This document shows positions 51,601 through 61,241 of a stretch of 64,000 nucleotides of DNA, piece after piece. Position numbers and translations under genes: made by a program. The notes below the pieces were generated by a model that was not told the origin of the DNA, ran no database searches, and saw only the letters and a program-made list of their open reading frames with translations. Numbering within the stretch: position 1 is the first letter of the stretch; each line of letters opens with the position of its first letter. The stretch lies in assembly GCA_000165345.1 (NCBI GenBank), contig CM000433.1, forward strand, positions 736,001-800,000, read 5' to 3'.

Positions 51601-54600
51601 AAAGGATGGTTATTATACTCTGAAGATGCAACTACTTCAACCAATACACTTGGAACTGGATCAATATTTCTAATTAAACCAGATTATCTTTTTATTGATA
51701 TTAAAAACAAGGATTTGAAATTACAAAGAAAAAGAAGAAAAGATTTTATTAATCAAAATGAGTCATACCAAAGTTATTCTGTAGAACTTTCTCTTTCAAA
51801 TTTAAATGTTACAAAACCTAAATCCAAAATTGGGATTTCTCTTTCTTTCTTTGGAAAAAGAAAGCCTTCAAAGAGTACAAAATTATACTTTTATAGAGAA
51901 TTAAAGTTTACATTGCAGAGATTAATTTCTAATTGGAACAATAACCTCAACACTATAGTTCTTTCTAAAACAGTTCGTGAGAGACAAGTTGGAGAAATAT
52001 ATTGGAACTCAAAGAATGAATTAAACAGTGATAGTAATCAAAAGGTGGAGATGCCTTGTCATCTAACTTTAATCTTGAAATTAAGCAAAGTATACCATAA
52101 TTTTGTTGTTGCTTCAGTTTGGAATATGGTTAAACATAGTAATATTATTTTAAAAAGTGGGGATTTGTTTGCAATACTGGCAAGTATATTAACATATTAC
52201 AATATCAAATATAAAGAAATTGATAGAGGAATTCGTATTTTTACTAAAAGTATTGATATTGATTCAAAATCTGAGGAATTTGAATATCAAATTGATATAT
52301 CAGTATTTTCAGGAATTAATGGTAGGATCTTAGATATTTCGGATCCATGGGCTGCAGGAAATAAGCTTGGTCAAGATCCCTATTTAAATTTAGAAAAATA
52401 TATTAATGACTGTCTACTTCCAGTTTTTGAAGATGAAATACAACAGTCTACAAATCCATATTGGGACTTTAATACAGTCTTTGAATTTGTATTCTTTAAT
52501 AAAAATAATCAGTTTGATAATATTAATAATTGTAATATAAATGAAACCATTTCTTGGAATCTAATAAGAGATTCAAATGGTAAATTAATACAGATACAAA
52601 GAAACTTACCAATACACATCATTCCAGAAAATAACTCAAATGAAACAAAAAAGCAAAAATCTCCTCACTCATTTATCCAAACAAGTTCTCGGTACGAATC
52701 TGATAATATGGAATTACCAATATATTTAATGCCATGTATTTATTTGGGAGCAGATGTATTCTATAAAGGAAAACTAATCTATTTGGATGAGAGACTAGAA
52801 ACTAATGAAATGACTAAGCATAAAGCAAATGGTGTAAGTTTGTTTATTAATTCACTTTTGAATTTAATGTTTATGGAACTATTGATTAAGCTAAAGCTTG
52901 CAACTAACGATAATTGGGTTCTAAAAGATAACTTACAGTTTTCCAAGAAAGAATCGAATATTCAAACAAATGATAATTTAGATGATTGTTCATTAATTGT
53001 TAGTAATAGTTATGCTGAAGCTCATGGAGTAACTATTAGAGATATACATAAATATAGAGATAATATCCAAAACTTTTTTCAGGCAATAATTAATAATAGA
53101 AATAATATTGAAAGATTCTTACCTTTAAAGCCAGCACCTAAACATAACACAATCTTAGAAATTTATCCAATACCAAGTTTAATTCTACAAGATATTAATG
53201 GAGAAAAAGATGAGACTCAAATTTATTTTCCTTCTTGGAGTGTAGCTGAATTTATTAAAACATTAAGAGATGAAATTATGCTCATTCAAAATAATAAAAC
53301 TAACTTATCAGAAAAAAGGAATATAAAGACTGTCATTTCTGGATATACTTGCATAATTCATGATAATAAAGAAATTGATATAGAAGAAAAGGTACTGAAA
53401 AAAGAAGATGGAATTTCATTATCTAATAATTCTTCAATTCATATCAAATTTCCTATTAGAGGAAGCCAATCATTTAAAAATGCTGATGTTGGAGAATGTG
53501 GATGGCATGTTTTGAAATATAAATCTCAAATAAAATACTTGAATTATTTATGTAATCAAACAGATTTGAACATTAACAATTGGGTGGATTCATTATATGT
53601 AATGAATAATATCTCTCCTAATATTAATAATTCGATTGGGAACAAAAATGATTTAGACTTTAACGAAATTTATGGTTCATTTTTTAATATTTCTGGTGGA
53701 AAAGAAAGACCATGTATAATAGTAAATATTCATTCAGGTAATGAAACTGAAATTGAATGTTTGATCATTCTTGAGCTTACTCCTAGTGGAATATTGATTG
53801 CATGTTGGAATGCTCCTGTTTTAATTATAAGCAGGCTTCAGAAAATGATTAAGGGATTTGTATTTGAAAGTTGTATCAAAATAATTTGGTCATTACAGTT
53901 ATCAATTTGGTACAAATATAATGTCATTTATAGAAAGCACATTTTTGTATTGGATTTGTCAAAATTTCATTTAGATTTTAAGCAAGATTCCAGTATTAAT
54001 AATAATGAATCATCAGGGTTTTCTATGATTAATAATAACTATTATCCGAGAATATGTGAGATTACCACAGATATTATTTCATATATTTGGAAGAATCAAT
54101 ATTTCAATACAAATTTGAAATGGAGTCATACTGAAGATTTGTATAAAAAGGAGCTTATGATTGAATGCAAAATTAATAGATTAAAGTTGGAGGATGTTGT
54201 AATTCCAAATATTATAATGGGAAAGATATTAGATTTGAAATTTGAAGACTTATTTGATAGAAATAATAATAAGGAATTTAATTGGTTCATTCCTTCTATC
54301 ATTAACAAAATAAGAATTTTAAATTCTGATAATTTAATGAAAAGGTGGAATAATTACTTCTTTAAATATAAATTATGGTTATTTGTTAATCAATTTTTGA
54401 TTGAATGTTTTGCAATTAAAAGTTTAAGACAAGAAATTTCTACAAAAATATTTTCAAAGAATATAATTCTTCAAGTTAGTAAAAGTAATATGATCTTTAA
54501 ATATCAACAGATTATTAATTTCTTAAAGAAGAGAGTTGAGACTTATAATATTGATTATTCAAAATATTATAAAACTTATAAAATTAATTGTCAAGAGAAA

Positions 54601-56820
54601 GAAGATAGTTTATTAAGTGATGAAAATATTATTCAAACTCATTATAACTTATTAACTTATCTTCAAAATTCTCATAATATTATTAATACATTAATTTCAG
54701 CAACAGCTCAAAATCAAGATAATCATTTCATATTAATTCATCCAAATAAAATGACTGAAGAATTTATTAAGAATCGAAATAAAACTGATAATAATGATAA
54801 AGAAAAACAATTAAATGATGAAAATATTAGTAGTTGTGAATTTTGTATGGTAAATCCAAAAGATATTTCTATCAGAATAATATTAACCACTTTATTCAGA
54901 TGTTCAATTGATGTTTTGGATCGATTATATAATGAAAAAAAAGCTGAGTCAAATTTAAATGATGATGAATATAGTTTTAAAGGATTGGAATCTTTTGATT
55001 TAGATTCTAATAATTACAAATATGAAGAACAATATATTCAAAATGAACAAAAGAATTCAATTCTATATAATGAACAAGAAGAGAATTTCAACACCAAAAA
55101 AATAGTGATAGAGAAATTAAAATGTTTTGATAATAAAGGTGAGTTATTGATCTTTATTGAAGATATATCTGGGATCCCATTTCAAAATTTTTCTTCTGAT
55201 CTTGAGAATATGTATATAATTAAGGATTTAACTATAAAATTGGATGAATTATTTAAAGAAAATGGATTTATTCGAGTTACAAATTCTTATAGTGAAATTA
55301 TTAATAAAGAATACTTATATAAAAATAATTATTGTATTTCAGTAATTAGTAGTATATTTAGTGGGTTAAATATACATGAAAGAATTGAAATGAAGAATTT
55401 AAGTTATTTAATGGAAACAGAAATTGGTTCTGAGAGAGAAATCATTATATATATAAAAACAATACATATCAAGAAATATAACTTTTCAATACCTATATGT
55501 ATTTTTTTAAGTTTGTATAAATGTAAAATAAAGATAATATATTTATCAAGTATTTTCAATGATGGTACATTATATATAAATCAAAGTATTCTAGAGTTTA
55601 TTGAAATGCTTAATATTAAAAAGTTGATTTTTGAATATATATTATCATATACTGGATCTTTAATTTGGAATATTTGGAATCAAAAAAATATTATTTTGAA
55701 TTTAGAAAACCTTCAATATTTGGAAAATAGGGTTTCTGATTTAAGATTATCATCTGATCAGTTAATTGAATTGACATTATGGTTAAATAAATTTTCACAA
55801 AATTATCCAAATATTATTAAAGATTCAAATTTGATGATATTTAAGATATGGTTCTCTAGAAATCTTAAAATAAATAATAATCAGTTAATTTCAATACAAA
55901 ATAGCTTTAACCATTATATTGAATCAGAAAAGTTAAGTTATAGAATAAAAATCTTACCAAATTCAAGTAATAAAGTACTTATATTATTCCAATCATTAGT
56001 TAGAAATGAATTAATTGGATTAATCATAGATTATTTTAAATTTGATGAAATAATAACAAATGAAGAATTACCAATGGATTGTTTTATTATAAAAAGTAAA
56101 CCAGAATTGAAAGAATGTCGCCATGAATCAAAATTTTCTGATCAAGAAAAGGTTAGATGGGAAATAACCAATACACTAAGTTCTATACAAGAATATATAA
56201 AAAGAAATCAATTGGTAAAAAAAATCCAAGTATATGGAATAACTTTTTCACAAAAGTTTATTGATGATTTGGCAAATAATCAATTTTCAATTAATATATC
56301 TTTAAATAATCAATTATTAAAACAATTACCAATTATAAAGATTCAAAATTTATTATTTAAAAATGATATTAAAATGATAATTTTTAAACCAATGTTGAAA
56401 ATTCAAGAAAATATAAATGTAATAATATCATTATTTAGACGATTTTGGATGAAGAATGATGCAATTCGATTCTTTAATTCTTTATATATAATAAAAGATT
56501 CCGAAATTTTTGATGAATCTTTACAAGATAGGATTATTTCTGTGGTAATTAAACATAAAAGAAGAGAGTTAATTTTGATAAGATTTTTCACAACTTTTAA
56601 AGTTGATAAAAGTAATGATATGGAATGGATTTTTAATGAAATAAAGTTTACTTTTAAAGATGAAGATAAAATTAAAAGATATTTCTTAATTAATAATAAA
56701 GATGATAATAATATTGAATTAGGGTATCAGAAAAATAATAAAATAATAAAAGAAGAATTATTTGAATTAATATTAAAATCAATAGAATTTATTTTGGATA
56801 ATAATAATACAAGCAAATAA
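45691..56820 (+). CDS. Giant uncharacterised protein, 3709 aa, single uninterrupted 11.1-kb ORF.
   Basis: A continuous ORF with coding-like composition throughout. No signal peptide, no P-loop, no Zn-finger, no recognisable catalytic motif found by eye. The C-terminal third is I/N/K-rich. Confidence 0.85.
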   Translation: MSLNHTEVCIFSQKANIVYMKLLKVALKPSIFMLDLDKEDDSDDFKDFFLELYFKRLNINKKGDCEVNLTRDVKNSMIPSSKIFYLIYKKSDPHDFFACSHADKIISFNTGVSTLLRNVCKYMHLVFVLDLGSLLWFSELFDDIEQLGVYLDEFLLSLENILNGVSRLSEYLKYLQEDVEVRFSVFLFGLNQEESCFKLIFYEIPLISWISETELFIENLQKEIQQILKTHLEFKEGIPNFPRNLWSIEILALLNSFSSSFVHSLIVITTGVISSRLFSKENSSSLVCKNSYLLHHCYSNDIQVHFLVINKFNIDLEESEIGLNPSLDTLEFVAATCNSTLTVTEFGVNEQDARKIAIDLLLRPDIYNIPSDIVSEVKNEFNNLTEIYGYKVSQKLSLIEILLNKLRNSFNFVGETIIEVPLILYSKFHKLIEIICVIENYKDIQDNHCSGFWYIKFYIKNLGNVISTSDEFSLLKKLLESKEEIKKPKSFNKPNRLTYFLYSFILKIRQLDTWMENLVENYSKTKDPPAFPSGLNSLFLPSIIRHKIDLVLESDQSLLKEGVFDGFKGSWELLQDKLVEMGFKAFILENQQFEYDFPIIEKDKILIYYNLFPKMNTSEIEFKCEDHGILRILRSWAKTDSLLENLNSNGSEKANNFMAIWLDAQRIIIKTPDHEKSNSEEIESQSSLVIFNILYYGFSPEYCQEYTKWFKEKIIKYGIDSDEADLSLLRFSLVTNNFYESVINGERCLEKSWSYVLWSEKVNYSYQEQEPMDLNGRVIINISNSRYLDGWILLNRRNDKYQLSSTWYKVRDFQIRNNFKLKVVFIYDLKFQFGNNTNSSRLICRILMSSSIGKTDIINETYGEYFSFNKFAEKIHFQDNKIIQTISLIDYLYTSSHLRKNIVYLRNNNDEEVNEKSKGENNSEIKSESFHQNLCKSKFGAVNSNYYNIIFSGLTNSKEFNKYKRIIQSKSFYGNDNKISLSIREISNLFLTFNNNEIKLDSDDKDTFKLVLPFNLGNGNYKDAEQELDKEFINKFKPFCFIEIPLINAGNLFTSQLNSNSRKKNSDIEARRKYLEGASESSFEKFLYKMSKITDRSVRVDENEWYTILFIDESDLDGKFEDEESLTINEDLKPIPGDKKEEMNNENSIRKLYTNQIYDYMIITHIRLHRSSYNVPTSSVLGVYLCSYYNISYGITGKKNNIELGINEKNKLNKVRQFVELYILRVKEIWDSIKFNMISQYYLLGIPICSKDIARIQNENEFNEEKTQPPSSIGGLNKSLIEDPISVRGIDLDLDPEFDFIKEDNTHQENFQSLLYGLSSNQEHLSEKGTYSDPDTCSDIAFDANEYNEVRREVCKYLKCNIFRFKLSLSSFKIVLSRKFTKNVELDKGLDELDELANFIGEELESRMKNALRVKLVHFDCQDLNCFLVFCGVLDLCKGSTKNILVTVSLMKNEQNLGISYLELAKFWTRFKNTSFNPTWFHCLVWKSLTERDNLELKVTVFTSIDKKYIRVNRINTELWSIIKLEKEVFVSKLRSVISSWMTDMTMELSFIHGNEISGDINDESYRMSLFACFGRDLLLECLQGVKEKIWNDGDEIFSGESFEKGELVSSGSLIFRRDIQLPLIKPTTKFENYIAVINLLSSQADYIPIKRKPQLVLIWHGSKFPTESLSIRNPSLKCKLRRGLINRLIEHTRVLAEISNPDELISNELVLKLALKIYFPSSIITGMSIASQNKFRCRLCDFYIDLNGLRESINFLFSAMQSRFISIWKEATCDFLLQNVTISKMVSYLMVPKFVSSDYSSLRLEIDKRKPEISILDSNDQEEIFGQISITSEWLYEVPFEISPARFRRMKKNSLNNLLKRKLDPDYYENPGEVILWDGRIVKVPNYIFWLKKHEEVFIEIPSELYDAPLIDILFGGGNLDISSIDKYSKELSSIEKNLFGNSDFGKELNKASELRFSKEIEFISLIYPKGWLLYSEDATTSTNTLGTGSIFLIKPDYLFIDIKNKDLKLQRKRRKDFINQNESYQSYSVELSLSNLNVTKPKSKIGISLSFFGKRKPSKSTKLYFYRELKFTLQRLISNWNNNLNTIVLSKTVRERQVGEIYWNSKNELNSDSNQKVEMPCHLTLILKLSKVYHNFVVASVWNMVKHSNIILKSGDLFAILASILTYYNIKYKEIDRGIRIFTKSIDIDSKSEEFEYQIDISVFSGINGRILDISDPWAAGNKLGQDPYLNLEKYINDCLLPVFEDEIQQSTNPYWDFNTVFEFVFFNKNNQFDNINNCNINETISWNLIRDSNGKLIQIQRNLPIHIIPENNSNETKKQKSPHSFIQTSSRYESDNMELPIYLMPCIYLGADVFYKGKLIYLDERLETNEMTKHKANGVSLFINSLLNLMFMELLIKLKLATNDNWVLKDNLQFSKKESNIQTNDNLDDCSLIVSNSYAEAHGVTIRDIHKYRDNIQNFFQAIINNRNNIERFLPLKPAPKHNTILEIYPIPSLILQDINGEKDETQIYFPSWSVAEFIKTLRDEIMLIQNNKTNLSEKRNIKTVISGYTCIIHDNKEIDIEEKVLKKEDGISLSNNSSIHIKFPIRGSQSFKNADVGECGWHVLKYKSQIKYLNYLCNQTDLNINNWVDSLYVMNNISPNINNSIGNKNDLDFNEIYGSFFNISGGKERPCIIVNIHSGNETEIECLIILELTPSGILIACWNAPVLIISRLQKMIKGFVFESCIKIIWSLQLSIWYKYNVIYRKHIFVLDLSKFHLDFKQDSSINNNESSGFSMINNNYYPRICEITTDIISYIWKNQYFNTNLKWSHTEDLYKKELMIECKINRLKLEDVVIPNIIMGKILDLKFEDLFDRNNNKEFNWFIPSIINKIRILNSDNLMKRWNNYFFKYKLWLFVNQFLIECFAIKSLRQEISTKIFSKNIILQVSKSNMIFKYQQIINFLKKRVETYNIDYSKYYKTYKINCQEKEDSLLSDENIIQTHYNLLTYLQNSHNIINTLISATAQNQDNHFILIHPNKMTEEFIKNRNKTDNNDKEKQLNDENISSCEFCMVNPKDISIRIILTTLFRCSIDVLDRLYNEKKAESNLNDDEYSFKGLESFDLDSNNYKYEEQYIQNEQKNSILYNEQEENFNTKKIVIEKLKCFDNKGELLIFIEDISGIPFQNFSSDLENMYIIKDLTIKLDELFKENGFIRVTNSYSEIINKEYLYKNNYCISVISSIFSGLNIHERIEMKNLSYLMETEIGSEREIIIYIKTIHIKKYNFSIPICIFLSLYKCKIKIIYLSSIFNDGTLYINQSILEFIEMLNIKKLIFEYILSYTGSLIWNIWNQKNIILNLENLQYLENRVSDLRLSSDQLIELTLWLNKFSQNYPNIIKDSNLMIFKIWFSRNLKINNNQLISIQNSFNHYIESEKLSYRIKILPNSSNKVLILFQSLVRNELIGLIIDYFKFDEIITNEELPMDCFIIKSKPELKECRHESKFSDQEKVRWEITNTLSSIQEYIKRNQLVKKIQVYGITFSQKFIDDLANNQFSINISLNNQLLKQLPIIKIQNLLFKNDIKMIIFKPMLKIQENINVIISLFRRFWMKNDAIRFFNSLYIIKDSEIFDESLQDRIISVVIKHKRRELILIRFFTTFKVDKSNDMEWIFNEIKFTFKDEDKIKRYFLINNKDDNNIELGYQKNNKIIKEELFELILKSIEFILDNNNTSK

Positions 56821-56855
56821 AAAATAAAGAAAATTAAGAGATAATAGTAAAATAA

Positions 56856-58333
56856 TTAATAAAAAGGATTAAAATTGAAATATTTATGGATAATTTCTTT
56901 AATACCTTCAAGATCAATTTGTTGTATTTGTTTAAGCTTATCATCAATACTGGTATAATGGTTATTGACTATTAAATCTCTACCAATTTCCTCAAATAAT
57001 GTTCCAGAATTTTCATATAATGAAGTTAATTGATATGAAAGAATTCTCTTAACTCTAATAATATCGTCTTCAGTAATTAATGAATGTAGGTTTTTAAATC
57101 GAGAGCTAATTAATTTGGCATTTTCCATAATAGCTTTGTGACTAAGATCACTATTGCTTTTAAGGTACCATCCAAATAAGCCTAATAATGAATTAAAAAA
57201 GAAAACTAAGAATAGGAATGAAGATATAACTTACCTGTATCTTTATAACAAGTATTAAAAGTTTCAAAGAATTCAACATGGTCTTTAATACCAGAAAGAA
57301 TCCTTTCAATAATTTGGTTTTTATATCCAGTTACTCTATTAATATTATTGGTTCCATATTCCCCTAGCATACTTTGGAGAAACATAACTTTAAGAAAATC
57401 TTTGGAATTCCAAGATGTACCATTGTATGCCATAGCAAGAAGAGTCTTTCCATCACTATTGTTTTTTTTGTGTACTAATACAGGATGATTTTTATCAGAG
57501 TTAATTTCGTTCAAATATTGAGAATTGGATAAATTAATATTTTTATATCCCTTTAAACCAAGTAGATTTCTGGAGTTATTTGAATCATTTCCAAAATAAG
57601 TTTCAGCAATATTCTTAAAAGAATTATGGTCAATATTACCAACTCCTAAAATCATCATTTTCTCTGGAATATAATTAGTACGTATATAATTGATCAAATC
57701 TTCTCTTTTGAATCCAAGAATATTTTCTTTTGGACCAAGAATAGTATTTCCAAGTGGATGATTCTTATACATTTCTTTATGTAAATCATCAAAAATAATC
57801 TCTTCTTCAGATTTGCTTACTTCTTCCATTTCTCTTAAGACAACTCCTTTTTCTTGTTCAATAGCAGATTTACAAAATTTGGAGTTTTTAATAATATCAC
57901 TCAAAAGATCCATGCACTTTGGTAGGTCTTGATTAAAGCATCTGATTTGATAAACCGTTTGTTCGCGAGTAGTATATGCATTCAAATGGGCACCTAAGTC
58001 TTCAATTTGGCTTTCAATTTCTTTTCTAGATCTATTGTATGTACCTTTAAATATGAGATGTTCCAAAAAATGAGCAATCCCATTTTTTCCTGGGTCTTCA
58101 TTTCTACTTCCAGAATCTACCCATAATCCAAAAGTTAGAGAATTAGGGATACTGTCAATTCCAAACTTCATGGTTGCAACTCTCATCCCATTTGAGAGTT
58201 TGGAGATCTTTAAATCTGGATCATTTCTTTTAAAACTCAGAGTGCTGTTAAATCTTGCATATCTAGTAGGCAATACTCGTAACAAATTTGAACATCCAAG
58301 TTTTAGTATGGAGTTTTTTAAAATTAAGCTCAT
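56856..58333 (-). CDS. M16 (insulinase-family) metallopeptidase, mitochondrial-processing-peptidase beta-like, in two exons: 58333..57235 and 57181..56856. The intron is 53 nt. N-terminal presequence-like segment.
   Basis: Inverted zinc-binding motif HFLEHLIFKGT with downstream E residues (EIESQIEDLGAHLNAYTTRE). The donor ACAG|GTAAGT (intron starts 57234) and acceptor CATTATTAG (ends 57182) join ...CYKDTG to LFGWYLKSNSDLSHKAIMENAKLISS... in frame. The N-terminus is MSLILKNSILKLGCSNLLRVLPTRYARFNSTLSF. Confidence 0.85.
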
Positions 58334-58727
58334 TTTTTTTTCTACCCTTTTTTTATCAAAAGCTTGAGAACTTTTTATTTAAAAATGATACAAAAAAATA
58401 ATAATAATAAATAAATCCTCTATCTGAGAGCTCTTGTGCTTTTACCTGGATTTTTTCTCGATTTTAATAATCAAAGCATTATTAAATCTATATAATCTTG
58501 CAATGCAATGAAAGAGGCTTTAACCTTAAATGCATTTCCTTTTAGTTAAATTCAAAATATTTTAATTAGCAAGGTAACCCTCAGATAATTATGGGTAAGA
58601 CTCCTTTATTGGTAAAGTAATCTCAAATTATTACGCTTTCCACTTCTTTTTCAATCCTTTTTTTTCCATACAAATTTTAGGGAAAAAAAATCAAGCCTTA
58701 AATGACAAATATAGTGCGCGCTCTTTG

Positions 58728-58817
58728 TTTTGCCATTAGGCGGGAAGCGTGGTACCGGCATGTTGCTATTTTTGAGGTGCATGTGAGGGGGGGAGTTGCA
58801 TGCGCGATTGCATGTGA
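58728..58817. promoter_or_regulatory. GC-rich motif cluster in the divergent MPP-like / transporter intergenic region: a G-box/E2F-like AGGCGGGAAGCG, then GGTACCGGCATG, then TGCATGCGCGATTGCATG.
   Basis: ttttgccattaggcgggaagcgtggtaccggcatg ... gttgcatgcgcgattgcatgtg. Confidence 0.45.
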
Positions 58818-59219
58818 ATACTTGCAAGCCGGTAAATTAGAATTGCGTCAGAGGGAGAATTAAAATAATTTCAGATATAAAAAATTGATCAATAGGGTTT
58901 AATGAGAGTAAAATTGAAAGAATATTAAATTCAAAGAGACTTTGGATTGATAAATTTGAATATAAATGAATATATTAGTTATTTTACATCAATTAAAACT
59001 TGCACGAATTTAAATAAATAAGTAACAGCAAGAATTTAAAGACTTGATCTTACCTCAGTAAGATTTATTTTGAGAGGTCTAAAGCAAATAATTAGTGATA
59101 GGGAGAAGAAAAAAAAACTAAAATACCAAAAAATTGAATTGACATACAATTATTAAAAGAGTGGATAAAAAAAATATAATTTCATTTTAAAAAAACACAA
59201 AAATTAGATTGGAACAAAA

Positions 59220-60707
59220 ATGATGGATAATCAAATTAAGATAGAACATGGATATGGAGTTAAGAAAGCAATTGAAAGCAAGCATTTGGTTTTCTTAATG
59301 TGGATTGTACTAAGCTTAATATTTACGCTTTATTCCAAATGGTTAATGAATAATTACTTTCCTTATCCTATTACAATGTCCCTAATTCATATGATCATTG
59401 CTTCAGTTCTAAGCCATGTGTTTGGAGGTTTTGTTAATAAAAGATTTGGAGATAAATCCAGATTTTCTTCTATTGGAGAATTGAGTTTCCAAGAAAAAAA
59501 GAGTATTTTGGCTTTTAGTATAATTGTGGCACTGAATATTTGGTTCTCCAATGCCTCTTTACACTTGGTTTCCATTTCTCTTCATCAAATGGCAAGAACT
59601 ACAATTCCACTCTTCACTATGGCATTGGGTATCCTTTTTTTCAAACACAAATATAGATTGTCTCAGATTCCTCCTGTCATTTTGGTTATTGTAGGAGTAG
59701 CCATCACAGTGAATGGTACTCCAGAACTAAGTATTTATGGCTTGTTTATAGTATTCATGGGATGTTGTGTTTCTTCTTTGAAAGGAATTGTTGCTCAGAA
59801 GTTACAGGTTGAGAACCTGAAGATTAATGCAATAATTATGCTTCAATATGTTGGACCTGTTGCATCTTTAACTTTGGGATTTTTTTCAGTAATTCTTGGA
59901 GAAGCACAAAAGATATCAAAAAAAAGCGAAAATATGGATAAAATTTCATTTTTGATGACAAATGTACTGTTAATATTTGCAGGAATATTGGCTTTTGGTT
60001 TAAATATTTTAAGCCTAATGAGTTCTTCCATAGTATCACCTCTAGCTATGAATATTGCAGGTAATGTGAAGCAACTTCTGACATGTTTACTTGGATGTTT
60101 TATTTTTGGAAATACTGTAACTGATAAATTACTTTTGGGTATTTTACTAACTAGTTTGGGTGCCTTATGGTATTCTCTCGATAAGCAAAAGGATTCTGGT
60201 AAGAAAAAAGTCAGGTATGTAAAGGGAAGGTATATTGATAGGGTTGGACTGGGAATTCCAAATGAAATGGGCACCCCACACAATAAAAGGGTTAACAACA
60301 AAAATCCTAGCTTAGAATCTATTGAGATTAAACAAATTGGGGATTGTAATAAAACCCAAATTGTTCAGATATCCAAAGAATCAGAAAGTCATCTAGAAGA
60401 AGATGTTATTCTTGAGCTTACTAACCAAATAGATGGAACTGAAATTAGCCTTGAAGATGATCACCATATCTCTTCTAAAGAAGTAAGTTGTTACCTAAAG
60501 ATGGAAAGTATTATAGAAGAGGAGGAATGCCAAGAAATTCAAGTCAATTTAGAGCCTGAGGGCTTAGAGGAGGTCGATAATGGAGATTATACTTTTAAAA
60601 AAATAGCAGATTTAAACAATAATATGGATATTATAGTTTTGGAGTCTGGCGCCAAAAGTTCACAAAATTTGGATGAGAATAGAGATTATAGTAACATTCA
60701 GAGTTAG
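59220..60707 (+). CDS. Multi-pass membrane transporter of the TPT/NST (triose-phosphate / nucleotide-sugar transporter, DMT superfamily) type, with a roughly 170-aa acidic C-terminal tail.
   Basis: About 9-10 hydrophobic helices in the first 320 aa (LVFLMWIVLSLIFTLYS..., ITMSLIHMIIASVLS..., ILAFSIIVALNIWFSNASL..., RTTIPLFTMALGILFF...), an arrangement typical of TPT-family transporters. The hydrophilic tail is E/D-rich. Confidence 0.7.
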   Translation: MMDNQIKIEHGYGVKKAIESKHLVFLMWIVLSLIFTLYSKWLMNNYFPYPITMSLIHMIIASVLSHVFGGFVNKRFGDKSRFSSIGELSFQEKKSILAFSIIVALNIWFSNASLHLVSISLHQMARTTIPLFTMALGILFFKHKYRLSQIPPVILVIVGVAITVNGTPELSIYGLFIVFMGCCVSSLKGIVAQKLQVENLKINAIIMLQYVGPVASLTLGFFSVILGEAQKISKKSENMDKISFLMTNVLLIFAGILAFGLNILSLMSSSIVSPLAMNIAGNVKQLLTCLLGCFIFGNTVTDKLLLGILLTSLGALWYSLDKQKDSGKKKVRYVKGRYIDRVGLGIPNEMGTPHNKRVNNKNPSLESIEIKQIGDCNKTQIVQISKESESHLEEDVILELTNQIDGTEISLEDDHHISSKEVSCYLKMESIIEEEECQEIQVNLEPEGLEEVDNGDYTFKKIADLNNNMDIIVLESGAKSSQNLDENRDYSNIQS

Positions 60708-61020
60708 AAAAAAAATGGAATTAAAGGCAAAGAGACTATATTTTTAAGTGCTAGACCTTAGATTTTCCTAGGTGTCTATTTATTGATAAATTTTTTTTTC
60801 TAATTCAAATTAGAATTATGGTTTGAATCTATTAAAGATGCATGGTTGCATAATTGAGCCAATAGAGGGGTCCTCGCGAAAGCGTAGAAGTATAATGTCT
60901 ATAAAGAATGGAGGTATTGGATTTCAAGGAAGGCTGAATAAGCAAGAATTAACGAATAGAGAAATAGATGGTAGACAGGGACCAGATAAAGAAGTCTGAA
61001 AGGTTGAATTGAAAAGATAT

Positions 61021-61140
61021 TAAGAAAAGGAGGAAAGTTAGAAAAAGGGGGGAATAATAGAAAGAGGAAGAGAGAGAAAGAGAGAGAGGGAAGAAGAAAG
61101 TAAGAGTGAGAAAAAAGATAAAAGGAGAGAGATAGTAATT
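61021..61140. promoter_or_regulatory. Near-pure homopurine (GA-rich, GAGA-like) tract on the sense strand immediately upstream of the TSP adhesin start codon (61242). It is the core of a roughly 270-nt purine-rich block at 60935-61200.
   Basis: ttaagaaaaggaggaaagttagaaaaaggggggaataatagaaagaggaagagagagaaagagagagagggaagaagaaagtaagagtgagaaaaaagataaaaggagagagatagtaa. The same block is pyrimidine-rich on the other strand. Confidence 0.5.
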
Positions 61141-61241
61141 TAAGGTCTGATAGAGGAGGTAGTAAAGTGGAGGAAGGAGGTTTATCAAAGGATGAAACTG
61201 AGACACTTATTGTTTGAAAATAAAGGAAGAAGCTTGAATTA

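Noticed and set aside
40493-54308. Antisense ORFs inside the Vps51-like, Kazal and giant genes (40493..40837, 43530..43799, 44484..45005, 49653..49853, 50133..50549, 51408..51644, 54126..54308, 56403..56591)
   Set aside because: Each is antisense to a long, well-supported sense ORF. No independent evidence.
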